Source: Mobula hypostoma (taxonomy: Eukaryota). From it: a DNA stretch of 64,000 bases. The stretch covers positions 69,008,001 to 69,072,000 of the forward strand of contig NC_086097.1 of NCBI RefSeq assembly GCF_963921235.1, given 5' to 3'. Made by a program: the position numbers and the translations under genes. This document shows, piece by piece, positions 23,051 through 34,911 of the stretch. Each line of letters starts with the position of its first letter. The stretch's first letter is position 1. The notes below the pieces were generated by a model. The model searched no databases, was not told where the DNA came from, and worked only from the letters and a program-made list of their open reading frames with translations.

Positions 23051-25320
23051 AATGCACATTTGTACCCATTTTGTAAGAGGCATGAAAATGGAACAGAATT
23101 GCAAATCTTTCTCATGCAGTCTTTCATTATGGCAAGAGCTCTTTCCAAACGTGAACCATTGCTTCAATTTCTAGGGCTGCTTTTGGACAGATGTGTCAGT
23201 AAAGAGCGCGTGTATAATAGGGATTGGCATTATGTCTCTTCGACCACTGGTTTGAAATTGTGCTATTAAATGTTGATAGTTAGAGTAGAGATTGTCTTCA
23301 TCAACAAGGTCCCATCAATACATAAGGAAGACTTGGTCACGAGGTAGATGATTTCTAGATAGCCTTAGAGAATTTGAAGATTCAGCCAAGCAGCAATGCA
23401 CCAATTAATTAAAACTTCACCCATTGGTTAAGTTTATGTAACCTTCTTCAAAATTATCCCACCCTCAAAGCCCATATTTAAGTTAGAATTTTGCAACACT
23501 ATTACTAATCATGTTGCCTTACCAATTTAGTGTTCTTTTTCCTGAAACAAGCGATGTGCCACAGGTGTGCACAGTGTCTTCAGTGACAAGCTACCAGACA
23601 GAAACAGCACAGGAAATTGCAGTGCGCGAGGACATTCCTACCCTTGTGTATTCTTCTTCAGTCTGTCGGAATTCTTGGACCAACACATCACCACTTCTAT
23701 TTATCTTGACTTCATTTTTCCTACCACAAGCTCTTCGAATTCTTAGAAATAACAAGAATCCACATATCCCTGAAGGACCACACACTCATCTCTTCATCCT
23801 GAAACATTAGTGTATGTTTCTCTTCCCCCTTACTGGCCTAATATGCCTTGCCACCACAAGCTCACTTGCAAATGTCCTGTAAGAATCCTTGTTTGTTTTA
23901 AACTGTCTATTTGGTCACTGAGCTGCCATTTCCTTCTTCCCCATAGCAACACTTCAAATGCAATAGCTCTCCAGAAAACTACTCTTACCCCCATCAGTAA
24001 ATTATCCTCTCTATTCCTCCCACACCCTAATAAGAGGAAATCACTTCACACTGAGAAATATTTTATCCACTTATCAGCCTTTATCAAGCAAGTCCCTCTC
24101 TCAAATCTTCAGCCGCAGTATTCCTTCTCCAATAATGTGTGGAGAAGGAGCATTCTGACTGGTTGCATTGTTATGGGTATTTCACTGTCCAGGGTCCAGG
24201 GGTGAGGGTGGGGGGCTTTTTGCACGCTCAGCTTTCTAGCATAGCGGCTGACGCTTCTAGATTGTTCTTGAGCAGGCTAAACTTCCGACGAATATTCTTT
24301 GTTAAGTTTCTTCTTATAACCGCAAGCCAGTCTTCAGTTCTTAATGTAAATTGCAAGCAATAATTAGTCTGAAGTTAAAAGGACAGCTTTCTAAACAAAC
24401 AACACTGTCTATACAGCATAGGGTGCTGGTCCACAGCACAGGGCTGATTGTTCAAGAAATGCCGTGTAAGACGATGGGGTTATGTTAATTGGCCTTATAT
24501 TAAACCAGATAACACTGGGGAATTTATTTAGTTCAAGGAAACTTGCAGACCAGATTGATACTGTCACTTAGCACATCAAATAGCTGACCTATCAATAGTT
24601 GGAAGACCTGTGTACTCAGAGAGCCAGCAATCACAGCAATGATTTTGGCTGTCTGGGATATCTGTCTCCAGAAGCTTTTAAACCATTTGTGTGAAAAGAT
24701 AACTGGGAAAAAACACATGGGTGTCAAGTCACCCAAGTGGCAAAAAAAGTATAAATGTAAGAGGGCAGTCAGGCTTGTTAGGAATGGTCCAGGAGCTTCA
24801 AGAAGAATGACAGAAAGATAGTGAATTAGAATCTATTCCACTGCCTTCAATTTCTGTGACAGATAACTCATTCATCTGTAACTCATTGGTATGTCTTTAG
24901 CTTATTGGAATTGTACCTGTGTGTTGGAAATCCTTTATGTTTTAGAAGTTGTTTCTAATCTAGAAATCCTTTATAAGATAAAAATCCTCTGTGAGTATTA
25001 AATGTGTTTTAAGAATTTTATCTAAATTTAAATGTGTACCACTAAAAATAAATGAACTGTGTTTTAAACTATTTGGTTAGCTGGAAATATCTTGTTGGTA
25101 GGAAAGGGTGACTCAAAAAGTCGGTATTGGCAGTTAGACTCACGGTGGAGGATAAACAGGGAAGTGAACTAGTCTTTGAAGAGTAGGTAGTGACAGTATA
25201 ACATACTTTTAGTGAGGGTACCTCTATCTATCTGTATTGGGTAGGGCTTAAGGTCTTTGTATGAATTTAGAACGTCACAGTCAGAAAACCCAAAACCAAC
25301 TCAGCATCTCATCCTGGTAT

Positions 25321-25725
25321 TGTCACGGTGTGCAGTGACAGACGACCGAGCCAGTCAAAATAAACTCGACAAGATTAAACAGAAAGCATAAGGACTTATC
25401 GACTCTAGGTAAGACAACAATTAACAAATGCAGATGTAAAGCAGGGGTCATGACAGTACCACCCTTCCTAAGGCCAGCACCTGACAGCCCAGGCTGTCCT
25501 GGGGAACTCGAGACAGGGCTGATAAATTCAAAACAGACCTGATACTTTTGAGACAGGGTTGGGAAATTCAAGAGAGACCTGATGCTCTCAAGGCAGGGCT
25601 GGAAAATTCAGGAACAAGGAATGAGCCTCAGGAACATAGAATAGTCTTCAGAAACCTGGAAGGCGATGGGTGATTCAGGAAATCTTGATGACCTTGAATG
25701 TGGACCAGAGAAGCTTGGACTTTTT
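25321..25725 (-). mobile_element. Gypsy-like LTR retrotransposon remnant: short 3' LTR, PPT and internal piece
   Basis: LTR TGTCA...TGACA at 25321-25455; polypurine tract AGGAAGGGTGGTAC directly before it on the minus strand; weak integrase C-terminal resemblance (SGP..FKVIK) near 25700. Confidence 0.6.
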
Positions 25726-26204
25726 TAGCAACATGTGCTGTTTTGAACTAAGTTTAAACAAAGACGAAATTCATTCATGTTTCACCCAATGCAAGATATA
25801 AACATGGCTGCAACTTAAGGACATAAATGGAGTCAAAAAATATATATAATCAGAAGCACATAGTTGAATCAAGTAGAAATTGCTGTGGCTGATGTAATTG
25901 AAGATATCCATCACATGTACGTCAATTCAAAACAACATTACTGATTCTCTCTGAGGTGAGGTATCACCTATTCCTATTGGACATGCCTTTCACTTTAGTG
26001 AGAGCACCAGCCTTTTTTTGTCATTCCTGATCCTCAGTCAGCAATACTGACCATGGCAAGATTGTGAATGCAAAGGTGGGCCCTTATCATAACTTAATGT
26101 GATCATATTATGTTGAAAACTAAATTTCACTGCAGGCGTGTTATGAAGGTTACCTTATGAGAATTCCGATATGAGGTATGAAGCGTAGTCTCCGTAATGA
26201 AAAC

Positions 26205-29200
26205 TCCACTCTGCTCTACAACTGCGTGGCCAGATTGTGCTCTAACTCCATCTGCAAGCTTGCAGATGACGCAACCGTAGTGCGCCGCATCTCAAATAAT
26301 GAGAGACACGGTGTCATGACAACAATCTTTTTCCTCAGTGTCAGTAAAGTAAAAGAGCCAATCATTAACTTCGGGAAAGGGGGTGATGCACATGTGTCTG
26401 CTTATGTGTCGGGATATTCAATATTCAGGAGGGATAGACACGAAGGAAGGGGAGGTGGGGTGGCGTTGCTGGTTAAAAAAGAGATTAACGCAATAGAAAG
26501 GAAGGACATAAGCCGGGAAGATGTGGAATCGATATGGGTAGAGCTGCGTAACACTAAGGGGCAGAAGACGCTGCTGGGAGTTGTGTACAGGCCACCTAAC
26601 AGTAGTAGTGAGGTCGGAGATGGTATTAAACAGGAAATTAGAAATGTGTGCAATAAAGGAACAGCAGTTATAATGGGTGACTTCAATCTACATGTAGACT
26701 GGGTGAACCAAATTGGTAAAGGTGCTGAGGAAGAGGATTTCTTGGAATGTATGCGGGATGGTTTTTTGAACCAACATGTCGAGGAACCGACTAGAGAGCA
26801 GGCTATTCTGGACTGGGTTTTGAGCAATGAGGAAGGGTTAATTAGCGATCTTGTCGTGAGAGGCCCCTTGGGTAAGAGTGACCATAATATGGTGGAATTC
26901 TTCATTAACATGGAGAGTGACGTAGTTAATTCAGAAACAAAGGTTCTGAACTTAAAGAGGGGTAACTTTGAAGGTATGAGACATGAATTAGCTAAGATAG
27001 ACTGGCAAATGACACTTCAAGGATTGACGGTGGATATGCAATGGCAGGCATTTAAAGGTTGCATGGATGAACTACAACAATTGTTCATCCCAGTTTGGCA
27101 AAAGAATAAATCAAGGAAGGTAGTGCACCCGTGGCTGACAAGAGAAATTAGGGATAGTATCAATTCCAAAGAAGTAGCATACAAATTAGCCAGAGAAAGT
27201 GGCTCACCTGAGGACTGGGAGAAATTCAGAGTTCAGCAGAGGAGGACAAAGGGCTTAATTAGGAAGGGGAAAAAAGATTATGAGAGAAAACTGGCAGAGA
27301 ACATAAAAACGGACTGTAAAAGCTTTTATAGATATGTAAAAAGGAAAAGACTGATAAAGACAAATGTAGGTCCCCTGCAAACAGAAACAGGTGAATTGAT
27401 TATGGGGAGCAAGGACATGGCAGACCAATTGAATAATTACTTTGGTTCTGTCTTCACTAAGGAGGACATAAATAATCTTCCAGAAATAGTAAGGGACAGA
27501 GGGTCCAGTGAGATGGAGGAACTGAGCGAAATACATGTTAGTAGGGAAGTGGTGTTAGGTAAATTGAAGGGATTGAAGGCAGATAAATCCCCAGGGCCAG
27601 ATGGTCTGCATCCCAGAGTGCTTAAGGAAGTGGCCCAAGAAATAGTGGATGCATTAGTGATAATTTTTCAAAACTCGTTAGATTCTGGACTAGTTCCTGA
27701 GGATTGGAGGGTGGCTAATGTAACCCCACTTTTTAAAAAAGGAGGGAGAGAGAAACCGGGGAATTATAGGCCGGTTAGCCTAACGTCGGTGGTGGGGAAA
27801 CTGCTGGAGTCAGTTATCAAGGATGTGATAACAGCACATTTGGAAAGCGGTGAAATGATCGGACAAAGTCAGCATGGATTTGTGAAAGGAAAATCATGTC
27901 TGACGAATCTCATAGAATTTTTTGAGGATGTAACTAGTAGAGTGGATAGGGGAGAACCAGTGGATGTGGTATATTTGGATTTTCAAAAGGCTTTTGACAA
28001 GGTCCCACACAGGAGATTAGTGTGCAAACTTAAAGCACATGGTATTGGGGGTAAGGTATTGGTGTGGGTGGAGAATTGGTTAGCAGACAGGAAGCAAAGA
28101 GTGGGAATAAACGGGACCTTTTCAGAATGGCAGGCGGTGACTAGTGGGGTACCGCAAGGCTCAGTGCTGGGACCCCAGTTGTTTACAATATATATTAATG
28201 ACTTGGATGAGGGAATTAAATGCAGCATCTCCAAGTTTGCGGATGACACGAAGCTGGGTGGCAGTGTTAGCAGTGAGGAGGATGCTAAGAGGATGCAGGG
28301 TGACTTGGATAGGTTGGGTGAGTGGGCAAACTCATGGCAGATGCAATTTAATGTGGATAAATGTGAAGTTATCCACTTTGGTGGCAAAAATAGGAAAACA
28401 GATTATTATCTGAATGGTGGCCGATTAGGAAAAGGGGAGGTGCAACGAGACCTGGGTGTCATTATACACCAGTCATTGAAAGTGGGCATGCAGGTACAGC
28501 AGGCGGTGAAAAAGGCGAACGGTATGCTGGCATTTATAGCGAGAGGATTCGAGTACAGGAGCAGGGAGGTACTACTGCAGTTGTACAAGGCCTTGGTGAG
28601 ACCACACCTGGAGTATTGTGTGCAGTTTTGGTCCCCTAATCTGAGGAAAGACATCCTTGCCATAGAGGGAGTACAAAGAAGGTTCACCAGATTGATTCCT
28701 GGGATGGCAGGTCTTTCATATGAAGAAAGACTGGATGAACTGGGCTTGTACTCGTTGGAATTTAGAAGATTGAGGGGGGATCTGATTGAAACGTATAAGA
28801 TCCTAAAGGGATTGGACAGGCTAGATGCGGGAAGATTGTTCCCGATGTTGGGGAGGTCTAGAACGAGGGGTCACAGTTTGAGGATAGAGGGGAAGCCTTT
28901 TAGGACCGAGGTTAGGAAAAACTTCTTCACACAGAGAGTGGTGAATCTGTGGAATTCTCTGCCACAGCAAACTGTTGAGGCCAGTTCATTAGCTATGTTT
29001 AAAAGGAAGTTAGATATGGCCCTTGTGGCTACAGGGGTCACGGGGTATGGAGGGAAGGCTGGGTTCTGAGTTGGATGATCAGCCATGATCATAATAAATG
29101 GCGGTGCAGGCTCGAAGGGCCGAATGGCCTACTCCTGCACCTATTTTCTATGTTTCTATGTTTCTATGTTTCTATACCATCGCTGTTGAGGTTGAGAATT

Positions 29201-29895
29201 TCAAGTTCCTCGCAATGAGTATAACCAGAAGCCTGTCCTGGTCTAAATGTGTTGATGCTATGGTCACAAATGCTCATCAGTACCTCTAATTCCTCTAAGA
29301 GCTAAAGAAATTTGGCCTGTCCCTGTCGACCCTCACCAATCTTCATCAAAGCACCATAAAAAGCATCCTATCTGGATGCATCACAGCTTGGTATGGTAAC
29401 TGTTCTGCCCCGTGACCACAAGAAATTGCAGAGAGTTGTGGGCACAGCTCAACACATCACAGAAACCAGCCTCTCCTCTATGGACTCTGTCCACACTTCT
29501 CGCTGCCTCAGTTCAGCATCCAGCATAATCAAAAATCCTACCCACTCCAGACATTCTATCTTCAACCCCTCCTACTGGGCAGAAGATGCAAAAGCCTGAA
29601 AGCACCCACCACCAGGTGCAAGGAGCACTTCTATCCTGTTGCTACAAGACTATTGAAAGTTTCCCTAGTACAATAAGGTAGACTCAGCCTCACAATCTAC
29701 CTCATTGTAACCATGCACCTGACATCTACCTGCGTTTCACTTTTCTGTAATGTAACACCTTATTATGCACTTTATTCTGTTATTGTTTTACCTTGTATTG
29801 CCTCAGTGCATTATTTTAATGAATTGATCTGTATGGGCAGTATGCAAGACAAGTTTTTCACTGTACCTTGGTATATGTGACAATAATAAACAAAC
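26205..29895 (+). mobile_element. Degenerate Rex1-type LINE split by a young CR1
   Basis: 26205-26409 (CVARLCSNSICKLADD...VSKVKE) continues at 29176-29895 (VEVENFKFL...LSWSK...KLQRVVGTAQHIT; aataataaac tail). Confidence 0.8.
26410..29175 (+). mobile_element. CR1 LINE, 5'-truncated, uninterrupted ORF2 (partial APE endonuclease plus RT)
   Basis: Open frame to 29069 with VVYRPP, GDFN, SDH, KSPGPDG, YRPVSLTS, QGSVLGP, FADD, RPHLEYCVQFWSP; (TTTCTATG)n tail ending at 29175. Confidence 0.95.
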
Positions 29896-31315
29896 TTACC
29901 AACTTAGATAATGTTTTCTCATTGAATACATAGGAACAGACAAGAAGAAACAAAAATATGGTGTTCTCTTAGAATGATGGGAAAAACTGTAAAAGAATGG
30001 ACTGATTCAAACATGTTCAATAAAACCATGAGGCCATGCTATAGCTGATGATATAAATTATTGACAGAACAGTTACGTTAATGGAGACACCAAGTTTTAA
30101 GAATAAAAATCTCCAAGAGAGCTTCGCACTAAACAATATAGCATAACATGCAGGAAGGCAATAGCCAAGTGTTTGATGGATGGAATTTGATAAGTACTTT
30201 GAAAAGCAGTATAACTGGTTAAGATTGTACAGCCAGGCCAGCGAAGACACCTTTATACCCTCACTCTTCCCACAGAGTGTACATTGGTTGAGAGTGTTAC
30301 TAGACTAACATTCAAAACAGATCAAGATGAAAAAGCGAATTAATTAAGTATTGAGACCCAATTTTTCATGTCATGGCCTACCTCAAAGAATTCAATCTCA
30401 GTTATGTTCATTTCTGTTTCAGCACTTCATGAAAAAATAACATAGAAACATGCACGGTATTTATTTCAGCCTTTCATCCACTGCCAAATGAATCAGTGAG
30501 AATTATATTACAGGAAGAAACAAGATTTAAAAGGGCGTTTAGATTTAACGTGATTTTGCTAAATTAAAGACCAATGCCAAGTTACTAATATGTAGGAAAC
30601 TCACAACATAAATGAGTTTAATCTGGCCAGGTTTTGAGGAGAGCAGAGGAGAAGCAGTTGACTTAGAAACAGAATTATGACTCAAGTTGTACAAAGAAAT
30701 AACGTGGATAACCTTAGAGAGATTTCATGTAATCACCAAAGAGTAAACCTGACAGTCAGAAATGGGACAGTGGAGTGATTGTTCAAACTGGAAGAACGAA
30801 GAGAAATCTTGCGGAAATACAAGATAAAATTAGAAGCATGGTGATGCATCACTGAATGATAGAATGCATGTGGAAGAGTTCTAGGAATACGAGCATATGC
30901 TGGAAACTAAGAAAATAGTGCATTCCACTGAACTGAGTCACCATGCAACATCAAGTCAAAGAGTGGATATAAAACTCATGAGACAAATTCTTTTATGATT
31001 AAAGAGACTCAAAGATCTTTAGTGGTTCAATCGGTCAGTAATGTGAACATGTTCAAAAAGAGGAATGTATGTGGTATTGAGTAAAAATAACAAATGTATA
31101 TGTTCCACCAGTGGAACCTCCGTGAATCTTTATCTCCCTGAAGTACACAGTTATAATAAGCATGTATACATCATTCAAGAGTAGAGAATTTACTTCTGAC
31201 CCAAAACTGAGATTACTAAAATGGACCCTTAGCTACGATTGCTCCGCCATCGAGATTCAGCCCAGCATCCTCCGCATCCTCTGCCTTCCCACTTCTATAT
31301 AATCACCATCCCATC

Positions 31316-32077
31316 AGGGGGGTTTAAACTAATGTGGCAGAGGGATGGGAACCGGAATGATAGCACTGAAGATGAGGTAGTTAGTTTACAAACAGAGGCA
31401 GGATTCCCTAAAGGTTAATTTGCAGGATGTGTCAGTGGTGAGGAAGGCAAATGCAATGTTAGCATTCATTTCAAGGGAGGACTAAAACATAAAGCCAAGG
31501 GTGTAATTTTGAAGTTTTACTGGTGAGGCCTCACTTGGAGTACTGTGAGCAGTTTTGGGGCCCCTATCTTAGAAAGGATGTGCTGACAAAGGGGTTCAAA
31601 GTAGGTTCACGAAAATGATTCCCGGATTGAACAGCTTGTCATGCTAGGAGCGTTTGATGGCTCTGGGCCTATATTTAATGAAATTCAGAAGAATAAGGAG
31701 TGACCTCACTGAAACTATCAAATGTTGAAAGGCCTCGAATGAGTGGATGCAGAGATGTTTCCTTTGGTGGCAAAGTCTAAGACCAGAGGACACAGTCTTA
31801 GAATAGAGGGGCATCCTTTAAGAATGGAGATGAGGAAGAATTTCTTTAGCCAGAAAGTGGTGAATCTGTGGAATTGGTTACCACAGGTGGGTGTGGAAGC
31901 CAAGTCTTTACAAATTATTTAAGGCAGAGGTTGATAGATTTTTGATTGATCAGGGCATGAAGTGATACGGGGAGAAGGCAGAAGATCGGGACTGAGAGGG
32001 AAAATGGATCAGCCATGATGAAATGGCGGAGTAGATTCAATGGCCTAATTCTGCTCCTATATCTTATAGTCTTATAT
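31316..32077 (+). mobile_element. Internally deleted CR1 fragment
   Basis: ORF1-end sequence (gggggtttaaacta) joined to a degenerate ORF2 C-terminus and a tcttat tail. Confidence 0.75.
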
Positions 32078-32162
32078 TCAACTATCTCCAAGCTATAATA
32101 AAAACACAAAATGTTTCAAGTCAAAGGCTTTTCATCAGGATTCTGTAATCTTAGCTTTGACT

Positions 32163-32660
32163 ACAGAACATAGAACAGGAACACTACAGAACAGTAGAGG
32201 TCCTTCAGACCACCATTTTGTGCCAGCCTCTTAAACTACTCTGAAGTCTGTCTATTCCTTCACTCCTATATAGCCCTCCATTTTTCTATCATCCATGTAT
32301 TAATCTAAAAGTTTCTAAAATGTCCCTAATATACAGTATTACCACCACCCATGGCAAAGCATTCCATGTGCTCACCACTCTCTGTGTAAAAAGCTACTTC
32401 TGACATCCCCCCCTACACTTTCCTCCAATCACCTTAAAATTATGCCCCCCCCCCCCCGATATTAGCCATTTCCACCCTGGGAAAAACTCTCTGGGTACCC
32501 ACTTGACCTATGTATGCTTCTTATCATCTTGTACACCTCTATCAAATAGCCTATCATCCTCTTTCACTCCAAAGGAAAAAGCACTGGCTCACTCAACCTA
32601 CCCTCATAAGAGCTCTCTATTCCAGGCAGCATCCAGGTAAGTCTCCTATGCACCTTCTCT
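32163..32660 (-). mobile_element. CR1 3' fragment
   Basis: agaacatagaac tail and reverse CR1 C-terminal sequence (caccactctctgtgtaaaaa). Confidence 0.75.
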
Positions 32661-32966
32661 ATATATATATAAATAAATAAAAGAATATTCTACGGAGGAA
32701 TGTTCGATTCACAGACATTTCCTTTGTTCTACAGTTCCCTCCACTACCATCCTTTCTACTAAAAACCTGAATACCTCTTTCTTTTCCTGCTCTGACTGAG
32801 GATCACAAAGCCACAACATTCACTGTTTCTCTTTCCACAGCTGCCTCAGATTTTCCAGAATTTTCCACTTTGGTTTCAGATCTAGTGATCTGCAGTTTTT
32901 TCAAACAATACACACAAAATGCTGGTGGAACACAGCAGGCCAGGCAGCATCTATAGGAGGAAGCAC

Positions 32967-33002
32967 AGTCGACGTTTCGGGCCGAGGCCCTTCGTCAGGA
33001 CT
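32967..33002 (-). ncRNA. Minimal hammerhead ribozyme motif
   Basis: Minus strand: agtc-CTGACGA-a-gggcc-tc-ggccc-GAAAC-GTC-gact, intact core. Confidence 0.75.
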
Positions 33003-33279
33003 AATTGAAAGAAGAGATAGTAAGAGATTTGAAAGTTGGTGGGGGGAGGGGGAGATCCGAAATGTTAGGAGAAGACAGGAGGGGGAGGGATGGAGCCAAG
33101 AGCTGGACAGTTGATTGACAAAAGGGATACAAGGCTGGAGAAGGGAGTGAATCATGTGATGGGGGGTCTAGGGAGAAAGAAAGGGGGAGGGGAGCACCAG
33201 AGGAAGATGGAGAGCAGGCAAGGAGTTATTGTGAGAGGGATAGGGAGAGAAAAGAGAGAGAGAAAAAACAAAGGGGGAA

Positions 33280-33310
<31 letters not shown>

Positions 33311-33384
33311 GGGGTGGAGTGAGAACAGGAGGATCATTTTGGATCTCCCCCTCCCTCTCCCACTTTCAAATCTCTTCTTTCAGT

Positions 33385-33422
33385 TAGTGCTGACGAAGGG
33401 TCTCGGCCTGAAACGTCGACTA
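33385..33422 (+). ncRNA. Minimal hammerhead ribozyme motif
   Basis: tagtg-CTGACGA-agggtctcggcct-GAAAC-GTC-gacta; one stem I mismatch. Confidence 0.65.
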
Positions 33423-34166
33423 TGTTTCTTCCTAAAGATGCTGCCTGGCCTGCTGCGTTCCACCAGCATTTTGTGTGTGTTGCTTGAATTTCCAGCATCT
33501 GCAGATTTCCTCATGTTTGCAGTTTCTTCAATTTTCATTTCCTATAGGTTTCCTCTAAATTCATCTGTAGTGTCTTCATTGTGTTTTGCAGTCGCCACAG
33601 GATTTTTAACAGGTAAGGTGTGGTTCAGTGGTTAACAGTGTGCGTGTCTGCTTGAAACAAAGCCCAATTTTCTGTGGCTTACACACAAAAAAGGTCTGGC
33701 ATTCCCTCGCTAAATCTTTCAGCTCATTTCTTACCTCTTTTAAGATGCTCATTGAACAACCGCTCTGTTATTCATCCTATCGCTGTGTGGTTTGGTGTCA
33801 TATGGCCAAGCTAATGTCTAAACTCTCTTGTTTGACATGACAGTGCTGCTGTCTTCACTTTTCACCTGGAGCCTAACAGAGATAAATTGGTATAATGCAG
33901 TATTTCAAGACATACCTGTCACCTGGAAACACGTATCAGAAATGCAGTTTAAAATGGACACTGTTTTCAATGTGATGCAAATATGTTAAATTATGAGGAT
34001 AGCATGGTAACAAGGAGATATGCTCATCACTGAAAATAAATTGCCCAGTAAATATTTCAGGATCATTATCGGCACTGACTAGAGAGGATAATCGCTCACA
34101 TACCGCTGCGACTGGGCTTTATTCTGAATCCTGTTTCTGCCCAACTGACTGCGAAATAATTTTTTT

Positions 34167-34180
34167 CCACTAGGTGGAGC
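34167..34180 (+). promoter_or_regulatory. Candidate CTCF site
   Basis: CCACTAGGTGGAGC closely matches the CTCF core motif and lies in non-repetitive sequence; motif match only. Confidence 0.35.
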
Positions 34181-34911
34181 ATAACTAGATTTTCAGCAGA
34201 TTCAGCAAACATCATGTCTCTGAATTGAAAGTGGATTCTTATTCCATTAATACAAGCACTGTTTACATGGAAGAGGATTACACACCATCATTTTTTTTCA
34301 AGCAAGATCTGAAATTCACCAACGATGAAGGTCATGGCAGATAGCAATTGTGGTAGTTTATTTCGAGCTGCAGGAACACGAATAAAATGTGGCATACAGA
34401 AATCATTTCCTCATGCTGAATGCATTGCTGCGGGTAGACACTAAATTTGTAAACATTCATTAAGTCATACAATATAGGAATAGCTTCAAACCAAAGAGCA
34501 ATTCTTTTCAACCTTCATCAACTAACCTATTTCACCAACCTTGCTTCAAATCACACAATCTTGCTCTGCATCAACCATCAGTTTCACCACAACAAAATTG
34601 GGCAATCTTTCCATGTCTATTCTATTTAGTACTTTCAACTGTTCAAAGGCATGGCTCTATTGTACCCAAAACAACTATCATTTCATTATTGGTGGCTCTG
34701 CCTTTAAATACTCCGAGCCAATCAGTATTTTTGATCTTTATCACTCTTGGTTTCAACTGGAATCTTCACATCCAGGAATCAGCTTTAATCCAGACTTACT
34801 CCTCTTAGCCCCTATAATATCCACTCCTGTCTAAGACTTGAGTTTTGTAGAAAGGGTAAGTTTTCAGATGACATGGACGTTGATGGCTTTGATGATGGTG
34901 AAAGGGGCAGA

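Larger units (their letters stand above)
32905..33517. mobile_element. Non-coding fold-back PLE derivative with two opposed hammerhead motifs
   Basis: Minus arm 32905-~33320, plus arm ~33333-33517; 14-bp TSD with one mismatch, TGCAGTTTTTTCAA (32891-32904) / TGCAGTTTCTTCAA (33518-33531); internal (AAAT)n. Confidence 0.88.

Noticed and set aside
24464..25279. Possible solo LTR (TGTAAG...GTCACA, AATAAA near 25047)
   Set aside because: No matching TSD and weak terminal repeats; not supportable by eye.
26178..29069. 963-aa ORF as a host or domesticated gene
   Set aside because: Standard CR1 ORF2 with its 3' tail, nested in another LINE; no evidence of domestication.
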